DNA of 64,000 bases from Lama glama (lineage: Eukaryota). Location: positions 106,828,001 through 106,892,000 of the forward strand of contig CM052817.1 of NCBI GenBank assembly GCA_028534125.1. The letters run 5' to 3'. The position numbers were made by a program, and so were the translations under genes. Within the stretch, counting starts at the first letter, position 1, and every line of letters begins with the position of its first letter. Positions 25,100 through 38,709 of the stretch are shown here, piece by piece. Below the pieces are notes generated by a model. It saw only the letters and a program-made list of their open reading frames with translations, was not told the DNA's origin and did not search any database.

Positions 25100-26047
25100 C
25101 TATCAAGCAATGACTCCTTAGTGCATTCCATTCCCTTTTTTTTTAACAGTAATGTTTATAATAAAGAGTTTGTGTCTGCCCCACCTTTGTTCACTGGATG
25201 TGGACGTCAGCGTGGTGTGGCAGCAGGGGTTGGGTGGTGGGGAGGAGACACTTTATCTCTTTAGTTTTACAGGGCTACAGGTTGAAGGGATGGGTACTTG
25301 AAAGGCTGTATTTAAGGAGCTATTCTTGATGATGAATCCCGTCCACACCTGGACCTAATTTGATAAGAATCTGGACTTTAAGCTGATACTATATAATGGG
25401 ATGAAACTCTGGGAGGTGTTGGGAGTGAATATATTTGTATGCACAATGGACATGAATTACTGGGATCCAAATGATGAACTACAGAAGACAGTTCCCAAGG
25501 CGGCTCCCAATGGTGTTTGTCTTCTGGTATTCAAGCTCTAGTTTAATTTACTCCACTTAGGGTGGGCTGGATTTACTGACTCTGGAAGACTGTCACAGAA
25601 GGTTTATGATGACATTAGGTTATAAGAAGACAGAGAACCGGGGCTCCCAACTTTCATGTTCTCCCTTGCTCTCCCTTGCTCATTCTAAAGTAAACCAGCT
25701 ACCATGTTATGAATTGCCTGATGGAGAGATTCAAATGGTAAAGAATGGAGGGAGGTCTCCAGCCAACATCCAGAAATGAAATAAGACTCCCAGTCCAACA
25801 GCCTGCAAAACTAGATTTTCCCAAGAACCACCTGAATGAGCTTGGAATTGGTTCCTCTCCCAGATGAGTCTTGGGATGAAACCACAGCCCCAGCCAATGG
25901 CTTGAAGGCAACTTCATAAGAGACCTTGATCAAGAGGTACCCAGCTTAGCTCCACGTACACTCCTGACTCAGAGAAACTGTGAAAATAAACAGTTGTTGC
26001 TTCCAAGGATTGAGGTAACTTGCTACACAGTAAAATATAACCAGCAT
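25100..26047 (+). mobile_element. MaLR: MLT1 internal 3' end plus MLT1F/E-like 3' LTR
   Basis: Internal end GGGATGAAACTCTGGGAGGTGTTGGGAGTGAATATATTTG..CATGAATTACTGGG, then LTR with CAGCTACCATGTTATG..GAGGTCTCCAGCCAACA..GGTAACTTGCTACACAG. Confidence 0.75.
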
Positions 26048-28410
26048 GCCTCTCTAAAGAGTTGCAATATAATTAATTTCCTTAAATAATGTTTAAAATT
26101 AAAAATAATCTAGAAATGACATTATTGACTCATTACTTAGAAATATGTAAGAAAAAAAGTTGAAAGTGGTTGCCTCTGTATCTCAGGACTAGGGAGCAGG
26201 AAGGGGTGGGGCGAGGACTGCTGCTTTTCATTAAACTCTTTGACTTTCAAAAGTTTGCCTCACACTTCTAAAAGTCTCTTCCAGAAAAATCCCTCCTCCG
26301 GGGCTTCTGAAGAGCCAGGGCTTCATTTTCAGATCTCAAAATTGCATAGCATTGTGTAGTATTAGGCAGCATTTCAAATGCATTACCTCTGTAATGCTCT
26401 CATTTCCCTCAATAGAAGATGAGAATAGCGCCGATTTTGACATTGTCCTGAAAGAAGAAAAGAAGGACTTGCCGACACAAGCATTCCGTAACTCTGGGAT
26501 GAGCAGTCAATTCATAAAATGTCAAATATTAAAATTATCTGAGCAGCCCGACACGATGAATTTGCAAAGAGAAAAAGACAGAACGTGTGAGAAAAACTCA
26601 AGGAAGGCATTCATAAACTAAAACTTAGAAAAATAATAATAAATCAGTGTAATTTGACATTGAACTGATAAGATCTTGCTTAATTTAACTTCTTTCATTA
26701 AAAAGTCACGTGGCTTTCTTTGTTTTTTTCCTTCTGAACAATAGGTTACATCTATAACCATGTCAAAGACAGAGAAATCAAGAGAAATGGCAAGGCTCCG
26801 AGGAGCGGGTAAAATGCTAGGATTTGAAGGACTGGGGTGTAATCACCACCACTGACCTTGAAGTGCGTGAACTCACTTTAGTGACTTAAAAACCATCCTT
26901 GGAGTAAAAATGAAAATAATCGTGCACTTCATAAGGGCTGTGTTGAGACCAACAAATAAAATGGATCATAAAGCATTTATGAAAATAGAACCAAAAGGCT
27001 TGGAACTATGCTGTACTAACAACATGTTGGTGTCCTCATTTAAACCCTAGAAATTAAAAAACCTTGACTAACGACCTAAAAGCATAGAGATGGGGGGAAA
27101 AAATGGCTGACAGTTTCCAAAGCAAATTCCTCTCCTTGAAAGAAGGGTCAAAGGTTTACCACTCAAATATAATTAAAATGAAAAACAAAAGAAGTCTCCC
27201 AGACTGAAGTATGGCAAGTAATGAAAATAAAAATGCCACTCACCCACCACCCCTGCGATTTGTTGAGGGACTGCTATGTGCCAAGCACCGTACCGAGCAA
27301 TTTACTTCCACTCTTTATTTACTCATCACAGCACTCCCACCAGCCGGGTGTATTTATACCTATGTTATAAAAGGAACTTAATAATAAGCAGGTCACACAG
27401 AAAGCAGTTGAGCTGGTATTCAAATAAGGACCCACTGGAATGTAAAATCTGGTAGACAAGAAACAGAACATTGGGAATATAACTGCCCTGAAAAGATGTT
27501 TTTTGCTTTAATGAAGAGGAAGATTGAAAGTTCTTTGTTGAGAAACATACTAAACACCCATCCACTGTCCCCCATCCTGGGCTCTGCTGGGCGGCTTAGG
27601 CAAACATTTCCTGTCTCAAGCGCCACCCTACCCCAGCCACCCCGCAGGACCAAGAACAGCCAAGCATCCTGAAACCCGTCCTCAATTTTTTTTTTAATTG
27701 TCTAATTTCTCCAGCCTACAGTACATACAAAGAATTGAAGTAATGGGAGTACAATAGTCCAAATGTATATTGCAGGCTTTTCGAGGTAGGATAGAAACAA
27801 TATACATTTTTTAGCTACAATTACAGATCTATAAGCCTGTTCTTGAAATGTATTCTAATGGCTAGGGATTCATATTTAAAATGTTATCACCCCTACAGAC
27901 AATTCCAACTTAGAACAAATTCTATTTCAAAGATTCATTTGAAACTCAAAAAAAAAGAAAAATTTCCCATTAAGGCAATGCTATGCCTGGTGGTCACTGC
28001 TCCAAGGCTAGTCCACAGAAGCCTCATACTAAATAAGAGATATCACAGAAAATAAATCACCTTTTATAATGAGATTTCTGTGATAAAAACAGCATCTTAA
28101 AAGAAGTGACGTAATGGCTTAGAAACTGTAAGAACAGAGATGCCTTTTCTGATACGTGGTAAGAAAGATAGGTAGGGTGAAGTTTAGGCGAAACCCTCTC
28201 CTCGTCCCCGTTTTATCCTGCCCTTACCCTTACAGGCATGGCTAGTTTATATGGCTGCACTCAGGGTTCCCTTTAGCACTTCCTGTGGCCTTCTATTGGC
28301 ATTTAGCTCAGTGTTTTAATACCTTATTTAAGTGTCTGCCGTTTTATGCATTCTGTCCCTGGCATCTTCCTAAAGCATCACGTGCATTAAACATATACTC
28401 GATAAAGGAA

Positions 28411-28991
28411 TGACATCAGCAATAGGAACTCATTACCCTGTGGAACTGCTCCCCCAAAAGGGAAAGTCCTCAATTCTTGTCTCTCCTGAAAGAGAAGAAA
28501 TAGACAGGAGACAAAGAGTCATGTAGTTAAGATTTTAAGGGTTTCATTAGCAAAGGGAAAGTGCCCCTCCAAGAAGGGGAGGCGGGCTGATCCAAGGGCG
28601 GGTAGCAGTGGTCTTTGTTTGCCCCCCTCTTCTCTCCCCTCACTTACAGGGGGTCTCTTGATTGAGGGCTCTTGCCCCAGGAGTGCTGGGTCATGCTGGT
28701 CCCCCTTTGAGCATGTCCTTACCCATGATGCACACAAAAAACCCACAGGGGAGAGGAAGCCTAAACCACAATGCCAACTATATTACAATGAGCACTGGGT
28801 CACGTCCAGTGTGGTCCTTGTCGCTGCCTCACAGTTGCAGCCATCTGGTCCCAACCAGTTTCTTGCTGTCACTCATTTAGAGGAAGTAAAGCCCCTTTAT
28901 GCTGGAGACAGGCACAACGCCATCTTCCGGACCCTCCTCCCTCTCCTGCACCTTGTCTGCCTGGTGCCCCCACTTACCTAACTACCTAACA
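28411..28991 (-). mobile_element. ERV1-like solo LTR (TGTTAGGTAGTTAG-type)
   Basis: Minus start TGTTAGGTAGTTAGG; U5-like GAGACAAGAATTGAGG..GATGTCA. Left boundary and TSD ambiguous (GAAT-related). Confidence 0.75.
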
Positions 28992-29440
28992 GAATGACCC
29001 GGTTCTCCTGGCACCTTTAAAAATGGCACCTAGAAATTCAATGTCTTCCATAGAATGAAAAGTTGAAAACTGACAAAGCAAAACACTTTTTCAAAACAAC
29101 GTACTAACCTGAATTTTCTACAAGCCTGTCTGCTTCTGCTGAGTCTATGCCCAGCAGCCAGAGGACCCATGGGACTCACAGCTCTGTTTCTCCACCTGCC
29201 AAGACAGTAACAGGGTTAAAACAGGGCAGCCCTAGAAACGCACGGTTAAGATTCTTCACAATGAACTGTCTTCCTGGTGGAACTGCACACGCAGAAGTTT
29301 TACCAGCCCCCTACCCCACTATGACAGTACATGCCACATGCATGCTTTATTCCCTTCAAGACAAGTGAAGCGATAAGTGGTTTTAGGTCCAAGTGAAACC
29401 TTCAAAGGACAATCTGCAAACTCCACCACATACTACCACA

Positions 29441-29751
29441 TTCACAATGTTCTGTTAGTTTCGGGTGTACAGAATGGTGATTCAGTTATACATACATATA
29501 TTCTTTTCCATTGTAGGCTATTATGAGATATGGAAGGCAATTCCCTGTGCTATACAGTAGGTCCTTGTTGTTTATCTATTTTATAGACAATAGTTTGTAT
29601 CTGTTAATCCTGAACTCCCACTTTATCCCTCCCCTTCTTCCCCTCTGGTAACCATAAGTTTATTTTCTATGTCTGTGAGCCTCCTACTGTTTTGTAAATA
29701 ACTTCATGTTGTATCATTTTTAGCCAAGACATGGAAGCAACCTAAATGTCC
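29441..29751 (-). mobile_element. L1 3' UTR fragment with an inverted 31-bp upstream piece
   Basis: Minus-strand L1 3' UTR 29441-29723 joined through TAG to plus-strand L1 TAGCCAAGACATGGAAGCAACCTAAATGTCC (29721-29751). Confidence 0.85.
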
Positions 29752-32421
29752 TTCCCAATTTCTGTTGCAATTCTTCAGAAAAGGGGAAGGGAGCATCTGT
29801 CTTTCTCCTGCGTGGCTCTGGCTTAGAGTTCATTGTGAGTTCCATTAGTCGGGTTAAAGGGATCATTTCACTAGATCCTTCACACTGCTTCAGTTACCGA
29901 CTCCTTCTCTACCTGACATACCAACAAACTGAAGATGGGGCAGAGGTCAGACATCTACTGAAGTGTGGAGAGAGATGGAGCGGCTATGTTACCCCACTGC
30001 CCAGCAATCTAAGTTAAAAATGCATAAAAATCCACATCGCAAATCCCCTTTCACTACGCCCACTAGCCGTGCTCACTACTCATGTAAAATCTTAGCTTCC
30101 TCATCTTGTCCAGTCCCTGGCAATCTCCCAATTCTTGTTTTATTGATAAAGGCAGTTTAGTTCTTTTTCTCATTCTTATGCCTTCCAAGCCCTTCCCCTG
30201 AAGCTTATCTTTTCCTTACAGCTAAACGGTTCCTCTATTTCAAAGGGACATTCTGCCGCTTCCTGAGGTGGCTACAGTCTGCTAGGATCTTAAATAACAG
30301 ATTGCTTCTCCTATGCACAGAGATGGAGCGGGTGTGATGGTCAAGTCTTTAGGGGTTTCCCGTCTCAAGAGGCTCCCATCCTCTGTAAGAACCTCCACCC
30401 ACATGGGAATGGTGGGCGGGGCTATGCCTGTCCACTGAGCGTCTTCCCTGTCCCCACCCTAACTGGTAGAGCCTCCTGGGAACACAGATGGAAGCTGGAG
30501 GGACTGGGATCAGGAATTAGATACAGAACCTGAATCCAGAGAGAGCCTTGTGAATGCCAGCCGTCAGAGAGAGGAGCAGTGTGCTCCTGCTCAAAGGTCC
30601 CTCCGGGCTCTGGTTCCGTGCTGCTAGGGCTACGCTGGTCTGCTCCAGTCTGTGTTGAGTGGATACTCCAATGTCCTTTATTGCTTTAAACTAGGTAGTG
30701 TTCATTTTTATTGCTTTTTCCTAAGATACCTTTGATGAATAACACCTTCAGACAACCCACCCAGAAAACCACACAAATTCTCAGGACAAGACAAAGAGCA
30801 ATTTTTTTTTTTAAGAAAATTCAGGTCAGCCTGTGTCCTCCGATCAAAGAGATAGTCAGCCATGATTGCAAGAAAATGAAATGAGCCTGAAATCTATCGA
30901 GATGCGTTCATTTTACAGAACAATCCAAGACATCTCATTACATGTGATACTGAAATTACCAATGTCAGGGGGCTTCCAGCTACTTCTAGGGGAGTCAATA
31001 ATTCCCCTCAGGAAAAGTGCAGAATTAAAATGGTCATTACAGTACAGCAAAGCAAGATCTAGGAACACCTACCTCCACCATAACATTAGTTAAAAGATTT
31101 GGGGTGGGGGGGGTATCTAAAAGTTATTTTTTCTAAGTTTCCTTGGCTCCCCAAAATCTGTCATTTCCAGAAAGAGACTAAGAAACAGCGCTCTTCAGAC
31201 TCCAACCTATTACAGAGATGAAACCAGCTGTGTACACAAGGCTGTTTCCTCTGTTAATCAAGTTATCATACCTTCTATGCCCTTGAATTTCAAAGGGAAA
31301 CTTACAAATAATCTGATCTTAACATTTAAAACATGTAGTCTCCTTCTGCCCGCCAGACGGTAATGAGCAGTCTGAAGTCACTCAGGCTGGATTTCCTTTT
31401 CCTAATTGCCCAAAAATTAAATAAAAAACTCCCAACATCCCTTCTGCTGCTCCCTGAAAACAGGATAAAATACAGTAAATTCTAATAAGCCAAAAAGCGT
31501 GAAGTTTTCCACCTCGCTCCTCAACACCACATTTACATTCCCTTCCAAACGGCGCTGACTTCTCTGCCTCTTTATCTCCACAGAAATCAGATCACTATAG
31601 CTCAAATTCATGTAGCAGAGAGAATTTTCTTCTATTAGAAAAAAAGATTGTCTTCCATTTTGCAGCAAGGAGCTTTTTGTTTTATTTCCTTAACGCAAGA
31701 TTGGGGGGCAGGGGTTGGGGGGAGGGGCGGCTTGAATTACAGGACTATTTAAGCCATATTATTTAATTTCAGACTTGCTCCTTTACAGCCTATTACCTCA
31801 GCTGCCATCTCTCTTCCCTTTTCCTCATTTTCTGTTGGAAATTGATCTCATTGTTCTTGTCTGAAGAAAAAGACCCAGGCTCGGGGCATTTCAGTTGGCT
31901 TTGGTTCAAGAATAAAGGATCCCTTTTAAAGTGAAAATCATGGTTTTTGCCAATTCAAATCACATTACTCATTTCCCTCTCAGACCAGGCAGAAAAGCCA
32001 GCGGCTACACCCAGCAGGATCTGTGCTCACCAGCTAAGAGGTCTGGCCATCTGCCACTTCACGGACGGTCCTTGACTGTGTGACCTGTGGGTCAATGAGG
32101 AGACCCCAGAATCCTCCTCAGAGGGTCTTCAATTGGCAGCAACAGGCAAAGCACCATGCACTTCTGTGACTTTTGCGCTTGCCTTTAGTTTCTGCATCAC
32201 CATTAGTCACCTAAATAGAATATTGTTATTTGTCACCAATTTGTAGGGGAAGATGGACACTCGAGCTTATTCAGAAAGTAAGGTATTCCAAGCAGTTCAG
32301 GAGATGTAGTCTCTCTGGTGCACTGTTTCTGGAATGCCTGCTGGAGAACTGTGCACACCTGGAATAGTGCTCCTGCAGAGCTCCCTTCCTTCCTCTAATA
32401 ATGATCCACTTCTTTCATCCC

Positions 32422-32909
32422 CTTAGTAGGGAAGGACAAATCTGACTCCATGTTAGACCTGTTCCTTTAGCTCCAACCCTGTGCTAAGTCACAGTGGTTC
32501 TGCACCTTTTGTAAAAGAATGTTGCCTGGAGCCTGAAATAGACAGGAGAGCCCATCCTCAAGGCTCTAGTCTTTAAGGATGTAACATTTTCCCATTCATA
32601 CAGAGATAAAAAGTTACAGAACAGAGAACAGTATTCGTCTTGTTGGAGGTATATATCGTGAGCTGACCTATGTGGACAGCTGCAAGAACAAAGAAGTTTG
32701 CAAGAACCAACCACACCCCCTCCTCTTTTTTTTAGTATAAAAAGGATCTGAATTCTGATTTGGGGAAGATGGTTCTCTGGGACACGAGTCCCCCATCTTC
32801 TTAGTCTGCTGGCTTTCTGAATAAAGTCATTAGTCCTTGCCCCGACACCTCCTCTCCCAATTCATTGGCCTGTCCGTTGGCAAGCAGAACGAGTCTGAAC
32901 TTGGTGACA
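32422..32909 (+). mobile_element. ERV1-like solo LTR, family A copy 3
   Basis: TAGGGAAGGACAAATCTGACTCC..GTATAAAA..AATAAAG..ACTTGGTGACA; 5' TG eroded and no clean TSD. Confidence 0.88.
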
Positions 32910-33049
32910 CCACTCCCCCACAATAAGACTAATCTCGCCCCACAGTCCTCCTCGCATTAGCAACCAGAGACTCCTCATGTTTTGATTTCTGTGCTCTACG
33001 CAGGTAGTGAACTAGCTAGAATTCAGAGAAGTAAAATATGATCATTTCA

Positions 33050-33200
33050 GGGAGGAGAGTAGAGCTCAGTGGTAAAGCGTGTGCTTAGTGGGCACAAGGT
33101 CCTGGGTTCAATCCCCAGCACTTCCATTAAAATATATATATATGTAAATAAACCTAATTACCTCCCCCCCTCACCAAAAAAAAAACCAACAACTACAACA
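33050..33200 (+). mobile_element. Camelid tRNA-derived SINE (Vic-type)
   Basis: AGCTCAGTGGTAAAGCGTGTGCTTAG..GGTCCTGGGTTCAATCCCCAGC; TSD-like ATATGATCATTTC/ATCTGGTCATTTC. Confidence 0.95.
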
Positions 33201-34539
33201 AAAGATCTGGTCATTTCAAATAACATCATGTAAAGCAAATGTGGTAAAATAATAGCAACTGGGGGATCTCAGCGATAAGCACACGGGAGGCTGTTCTTCC
33301 ATTCTCACAACTTTTCTCTACATGTGAAATTCTTTCAAAATAAAATGTTACCCAAAAAAATAGCATCCTCTTCTGAGTATAGGAGAAAACTTTGAACTCA
33401 CCATAGTCTAAGAGTTGGTATTTGTAGAGGTCGTCAGAACCATAGAACAGCACAGGAAAAGAAAAATGTTCAGAAAAATCACCCCTGAGTTAAAGATGGA
33501 AGCAGATTCAAGGTTTATTATAGAAATTTATTCCCTGCTTGAGTTTATGAGTCCAGGTTCAAGGCAACCGGCCCAGGAAGAAGTTCGGATTGTGGGTCTC
33601 CAGGCTTCTCCAGACCATCGTTTATCTGCAAACGAAACACCCAAGAGGCTCCTCAATCTTTACATCAGCACCAGGCCAGCACAACCAAGGACAAATTAAA
33701 ACGCAGTGAGCATAAAACGTGGCCTTGAGACAGATTAAAATGAGCAACGTATTCGCCCACGTCAAGCTGAGATGGCAACGTTTAATTAGTAAAGATAATG
33801 ATCCCTTATCAACACAGAATTATGCTCAAAGACGGATGTGTGGGGAGGCAGGCAGGGGGGTGAAAGGAAGCAGCATTCTGTTCCTGGGTTATGTGACACT
33901 ACAGGTGACCCAGGTGGCTCTGCAGTGCATCGCCTTTGGGACAGAAAGAGATCAGCATCACAGTCACGAAACAGCAAACAAGCTTATAGTTGCTACGCAT
34001 TACACAACATGGAGCTGGCGTGAGTGAAACTTCCTCCCTTCAATATTCAAGCTTCGTCTCCGTTCAAATCGCCAATTCTTTCTGAAGTTTTTCTAGATTG
34101 AACAGATATGCTAAGCACCCGGCACAGGTGCAAGAGAGAGACTGACTATTTTTTTAAATGGCAATTGGCCCCTCTGGGACATGTACGGATTTGCTGTCTC
34201 ACGTTTTGGCTTTCAAGGCAGAGCCTTCTGGGGAAATGTTACCGAATAGAAAATATTTGACACAATTCAGGAGTTCATTTTCAGCCTGCCCCTAGGGTAA
34301 ATATCACCTAAACCTCAAAAATGCGAACCCATGAACATAGAAAAAATATATATACAAGTTGCTACACGTCTCCTCTTAGCTATACCTGAAAAATAATTGG
34401 TGAAGTAATGAATAATTTTTGTTACCACAGTCAGTTCATCTAATGGATTAAATAACCAATGTCTGCAAAGAAAAACAAATGCCGCCAAACAGATTAATTA
34501 ATCATGTATCAAACTCATGGCTTCAGGAGAGGGTCGCTG

Positions 34540-34790
34540 TAACTCAGTAACTAAGGCACAACTCTGGAGCCAGGTGCCTGGGTTGGAATTCTGCCTCTGC
34601 TGCCTCCTGGCTGTGCAACATTGGGCAAGTCACTTAACAGCTCTGTGCCTCCATGCCTTCCTCACATTAAATAGCAACAATAACAGTACATGGTTCATTT
34701 GGTTATTGTAAGATTAATGAGTCTAAATTACATAAAGCCCTGGGAACCCTGCCCAGCACATACTGCGTGTTATATAATTATTGGCCATTG
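34540..34790 (+). mobile_element. MIR
   Basis: ACTCTGGAGCCAGGTGCCTGGGTTGGAATTCTGCCTCTGC..TTGGGCAAGTCACTTAAC..TTGTAAGATTAATGAG. Confidence 0.85.
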
Positions 34791-34999
34791 TGAGTAGAAT
34801 CTTAAAAGTAAACTTTCTCACTTAAATGATTAGGTGATGGGACTAAAACCATTCAAAGGCTCACTTGTTTAGGACTATGGAGAACTGGATTGAAGTCCTT
34901 CCATCCTTACACCCACATGATCGGAAACAAGCCAACCCCTTCCTTGGAGATAAATAGGTAACAAACATGAATGATAACTGCTACTCATGAGACACGAAG

Positions 35000-35380
35000 G
35001 CAAGCTGTAAGAGGGAAAACTGGTAGAGGGGAAAATGATTTAGGAGGTTGTCTGAAGACAATGCAAATGAGACGTGAGCATACTAGGGGCAGTCCAGGTG
35101 GTGAGAAGCATTGGGATTCAGATTTGGAGGATTTGTTGCTGAGAGAACAGAAAGAGCAGGAAAAGAGGGCAATTGAAAATGTTGCTTCTGTGTTTGGCCT
35201 GAGCAGCCAGAGGGCCGGTCCTGCCTTTAAGGAAGATGGGAGAGTCTGGGAACGAAGCAGCTTCGGGGGAGGAGAAATCAAAAGTTTAGTTCTGAACATG
35301 CTCATTTGAAAGTTCCAATTCTCAGTATTCAAGCAGAGACTCAGGCAGGGAATTGGATACATCAATCTGAAAATCACGGC
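35000..35380 (-). mobile_element. L2 fragment
   Basis: GTTTGGCCTGAGCAGCCAGAG..GGAGAAATCAAAAGTTTAGTTCTGAACATGCTCATTTGA, typical reverse L2. Confidence 0.7.
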
Positions 35381-37394
35381 AGAAGTCAGAGGTCAGGAAG
35401 ACCAGACCCAGGAGTCCCATCTCGAGGACAACGTCTGTCCCCCATACTAATTTTAAGACAGCTAATTATCCATTAGATATAGTCGACTGGTACAGTGAGC
35501 TAGATCTTACAACCTAACTACACATGTTATCAAATGCAGGAATGAATATTTTGATTGAAACCGGTTCACCATTTGGGCGTTGAAGATTGATGTCAAGGAA
35601 TCCCAGTGGAAGGAGGCACTTTTCACTATCAACACAGAGCCAGTGTGAGTGTGCCCAGAATGAGGAAAAGCCAGCAGCTGGAACCCCAAATTGCCCCGCA
35701 GCAAGCGCGGCTGTTTCCCTTCTGCTGTGTATTTCAAGGGTTTCCAGCAGCTTTCAAAACCATTTAAGAGCCGGGGCAGCCAGCAGCCTCCCGGATCACT
35801 GCCAACGGCTGAGTGTTCTGTTAGAACCAAGCACACAGGAAGATTGAGCGAAAGCATCTCTATCTGTATTCTGTGCCTCCAGCACAATGTTTCCTTATGG
35901 AAATGCACGACTCAACTCAAGAATATAAGTTTTGTTTGGAAAGATAAAAGGAAGTCAAGTTTGGCACTCCGAGGAAGTGACTTTTAAACAGCTAGGCACC
36001 AAAGCACTGTGGACGGTGCACGTCAGACTCCAGAACCCAGGGCACTGCGTTAATAATGCAGTTATAGCCTCTGTCTCTTTCCATTTGTCAGCCTTTCTTG
36101 GAGCCAAACCCTCAATGCCACCTGCTTTGTGGTCTAAGCTGTCTTTCTGCAAGAATGTCCTAGCCTAAGGTCCTGTGAGGACCTGAGACCTAAGCGCTCT
36201 CAGGCTAGATGGGCACAGCAGCGTCACTGGGGGATTGGTGGCTTCACTTGGAGTTTTGCAGCACTGATATTCGTGTTTATTGTCCGTTCCTTACAGCACC
36301 CCTGAGAGGTCGGCGAGCACTGTTATCCTCAGCATCCAGTGAGGCAGAACAACACACTTGGGATTAGGAAAAGAGGCTGAATTGGGGCTGTTAGCATGCT
36401 ATGTAGTCCAGAGACACACACTCTCATTGCGAGCAATGCATCAGCAGGAGTCCCGGGGTCCAGACTGAAAGCGAAAGGGAAGATCTCACCAGTATGTTTC
36501 CCCGAGCGATCCCTTCCCACATACGAGGCCAGAGTGGGAACCCTCACAGTGGTACCCACAGCGTCACAACAGGAGTAAGGGGCGGCCACACTCCCCTCCC
36601 CAACATCCGTCCTCACCCTCATCCCTTCCCCACACATGCCAGAGACAGAGCCCAGACCCCTACTCTGCAAACCTCCCTCCTTCCCCAACACTCAGGCGCA
36701 CATCGTCACCCACGACCAATAACTTACAGCACATCTCTAGTTTAGAAACTGTTTCTATTACGTGTCTTTGGAAACTCTCAACAATTTTGGCTTCTTCTCA
36801 CTTAATTTCTTCCCCTCCGCGCATATGGCAAGTTGTGCTTTTTGAGGCATGTTTTTCCCCTAAGATACTTTATATTCCCTTAGCTCTTGAATAATGTCAA
36901 TAGAACTTATTACCAAGCAAGCGCACTCATTCAAGTAGGATTAGAACTGTTGTGATTTAACAGGAAGACACCCTCAAAGGCAGCTCTATTTTCATCCTAA
37001 GAGCATGGATTTCAGAACTAAAGAGACATGAGTTCAAATCTTTCTCCCTCGCTTAAATCAGCTCTGTGACTTTGACGAATCACTGACCCCTACAGTGGCC
37101 TCATTCATAGATCTGGATGATCTAATAGAACTTATAGGGTGGTCATGAGAAAATACTAATATATGATATATAGAGAGCTTGACACATATGAGGCGCATAA
37201 TGTATGAAAATAATTGTGATTTTTAGTAAGTTTCTTGGGTTCTATGAATTTCATTCTCTTAATGAAGCCAAAGTCAAGAGAATGGTGCAGATTAAATGAG
37301 GTAATATACGTAAAGCCCCGCACAGTCATAACACAGGGCAGATAGGCAGGCAATAAACAATACTTCTCCTCCCGAGGGAAGGGATTGTCTGCAT

Positions 37395-37893
37395 TGTGAA
37401 CAAAAAATACTGCAAGCCACATCAGTAAACAAAGAATGCTGAAGCCACCAAGTCATCAGCAGCTGCCGCCACCCCCCAGTGAGGACTAAGCCTGCAGCCC
37501 AGCCGCTGCAGCCACTCACAATGGTGCCCTCTGAGGGGACTCAGAATAAGAAAGGACAGGATACTGGCCCTAGATAGCTAGGTGCTTGTCAAAGGAATGA
37601 ATTCAGTGAGCCCAAATGTTTGCTTCCTCCCATACACAGAAGAGCGCTAAATTCTTCAACTTGAGATGCCTGCTTTTCTTTAGCTAACAAGTAATCTTTT
37701 AATGTTCCAAGTACCTGGTCTTTGTTGTAAAGCTCCTACATATCCTGGCTCCTCCCCTACCTCTTCACAGCAGCCCCTCAGAGCCATCTGCGAGGCTGTC
37801 ACCCAGGGCTTGAAGGGGTTCGAGTCCTCAGAAATGTCTGCCAAATAAAACATAACTCTCGACTTGTAGGCTGTGCATTTATTTCAGCCGATA
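37395..37893 (+). mobile_element. ERV1-like solo LTR (family B)
   Basis: TGTGAACAAAAAATACTGC..AAATAAAACATAACTC..TTTCAGCCGATA; TSD GCAT/GCAC with one mismatch. Confidence 0.85.
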
Positions 37894-38047
37894 GCACCAA
37901 CATAATTTTATTTTACAGGTGAGGAAACTAAGGTTTATTCTCAATGATCCAAGGCAGCAGAGTTGCAGTATCAGTTCTTAAGTCAGCCTCCTCTCTTGTC
38001 CAACAGACAGCTCATGCGGCTTTATGTTTATTAAAGAAATACCTTCA

Positions 38048-38220
38048 GAGGGCAGGATGTAGTGGTAGAGTGTGTGCCTAGCATGCACAGGATCCTGGGT
38101 TCAATCCCCAGCACCTCCACTAAAAAATAAATAAACAAATAAGTAAATAAAAACCTAATTACCTCCCCAAAACATTAAAAGAAAAAAAGAAAAAGGTCAT
38201 TAAAAATAAGACATTAAAAA
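38048..38220 (+). mobile_element. Camelid tRNA-derived SINE (Vic-type)
   Basis: GTGGTAGAGTGTGTGCCTAGCATGCACAGGATCCTGGGTTCAATCCCCAGCACCTCC with long A tail; TSD-like ATACCTTCA/AGACCTTCA. Confidence 0.92.
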
Positions 38221-38709
38221 AAAAAGACCTTCAAATGCTGAGCACAGAAAGGCCACAACTAAGATGTTAAATAAAAAATTAATAATAATAATAGTAATAG
38301 TTAAAATGTAACCAGTATATATTATGCACCAGGTAGTGTTCGAAAGATTTACATGTTTTAACTACTTTAGTTAAAAAGGAAGATCTTGTTACGGTTCTCA
38401 GCCCCAGGGAGATGTGGGATTGGTCGTGAGCCCCATCTTCCCTTTGCCTCCTGACCAGGCAGTGGTGTGTTGGTTGGTGTTGGCAAGTCTGAGTCCACAG
38501 ACAAGATGATTGTGGCCACTGCTCCAGCACGCAGCACGAGATGTGTTTTCCGCTAGCGATGGAGTTTGGACCGATGCGCTGGCGCAAGTCAGCATCAAGG
38601 ATGTCCCCTGTTCTGCTTCATCACCTCAAGTCCCTTATCCAAAAGGCACCATACACACCCAGGGATACAGGCAAATGGGGCCTGAGGAGGGCCGTGGCCC
38701 AGGTCTCAG

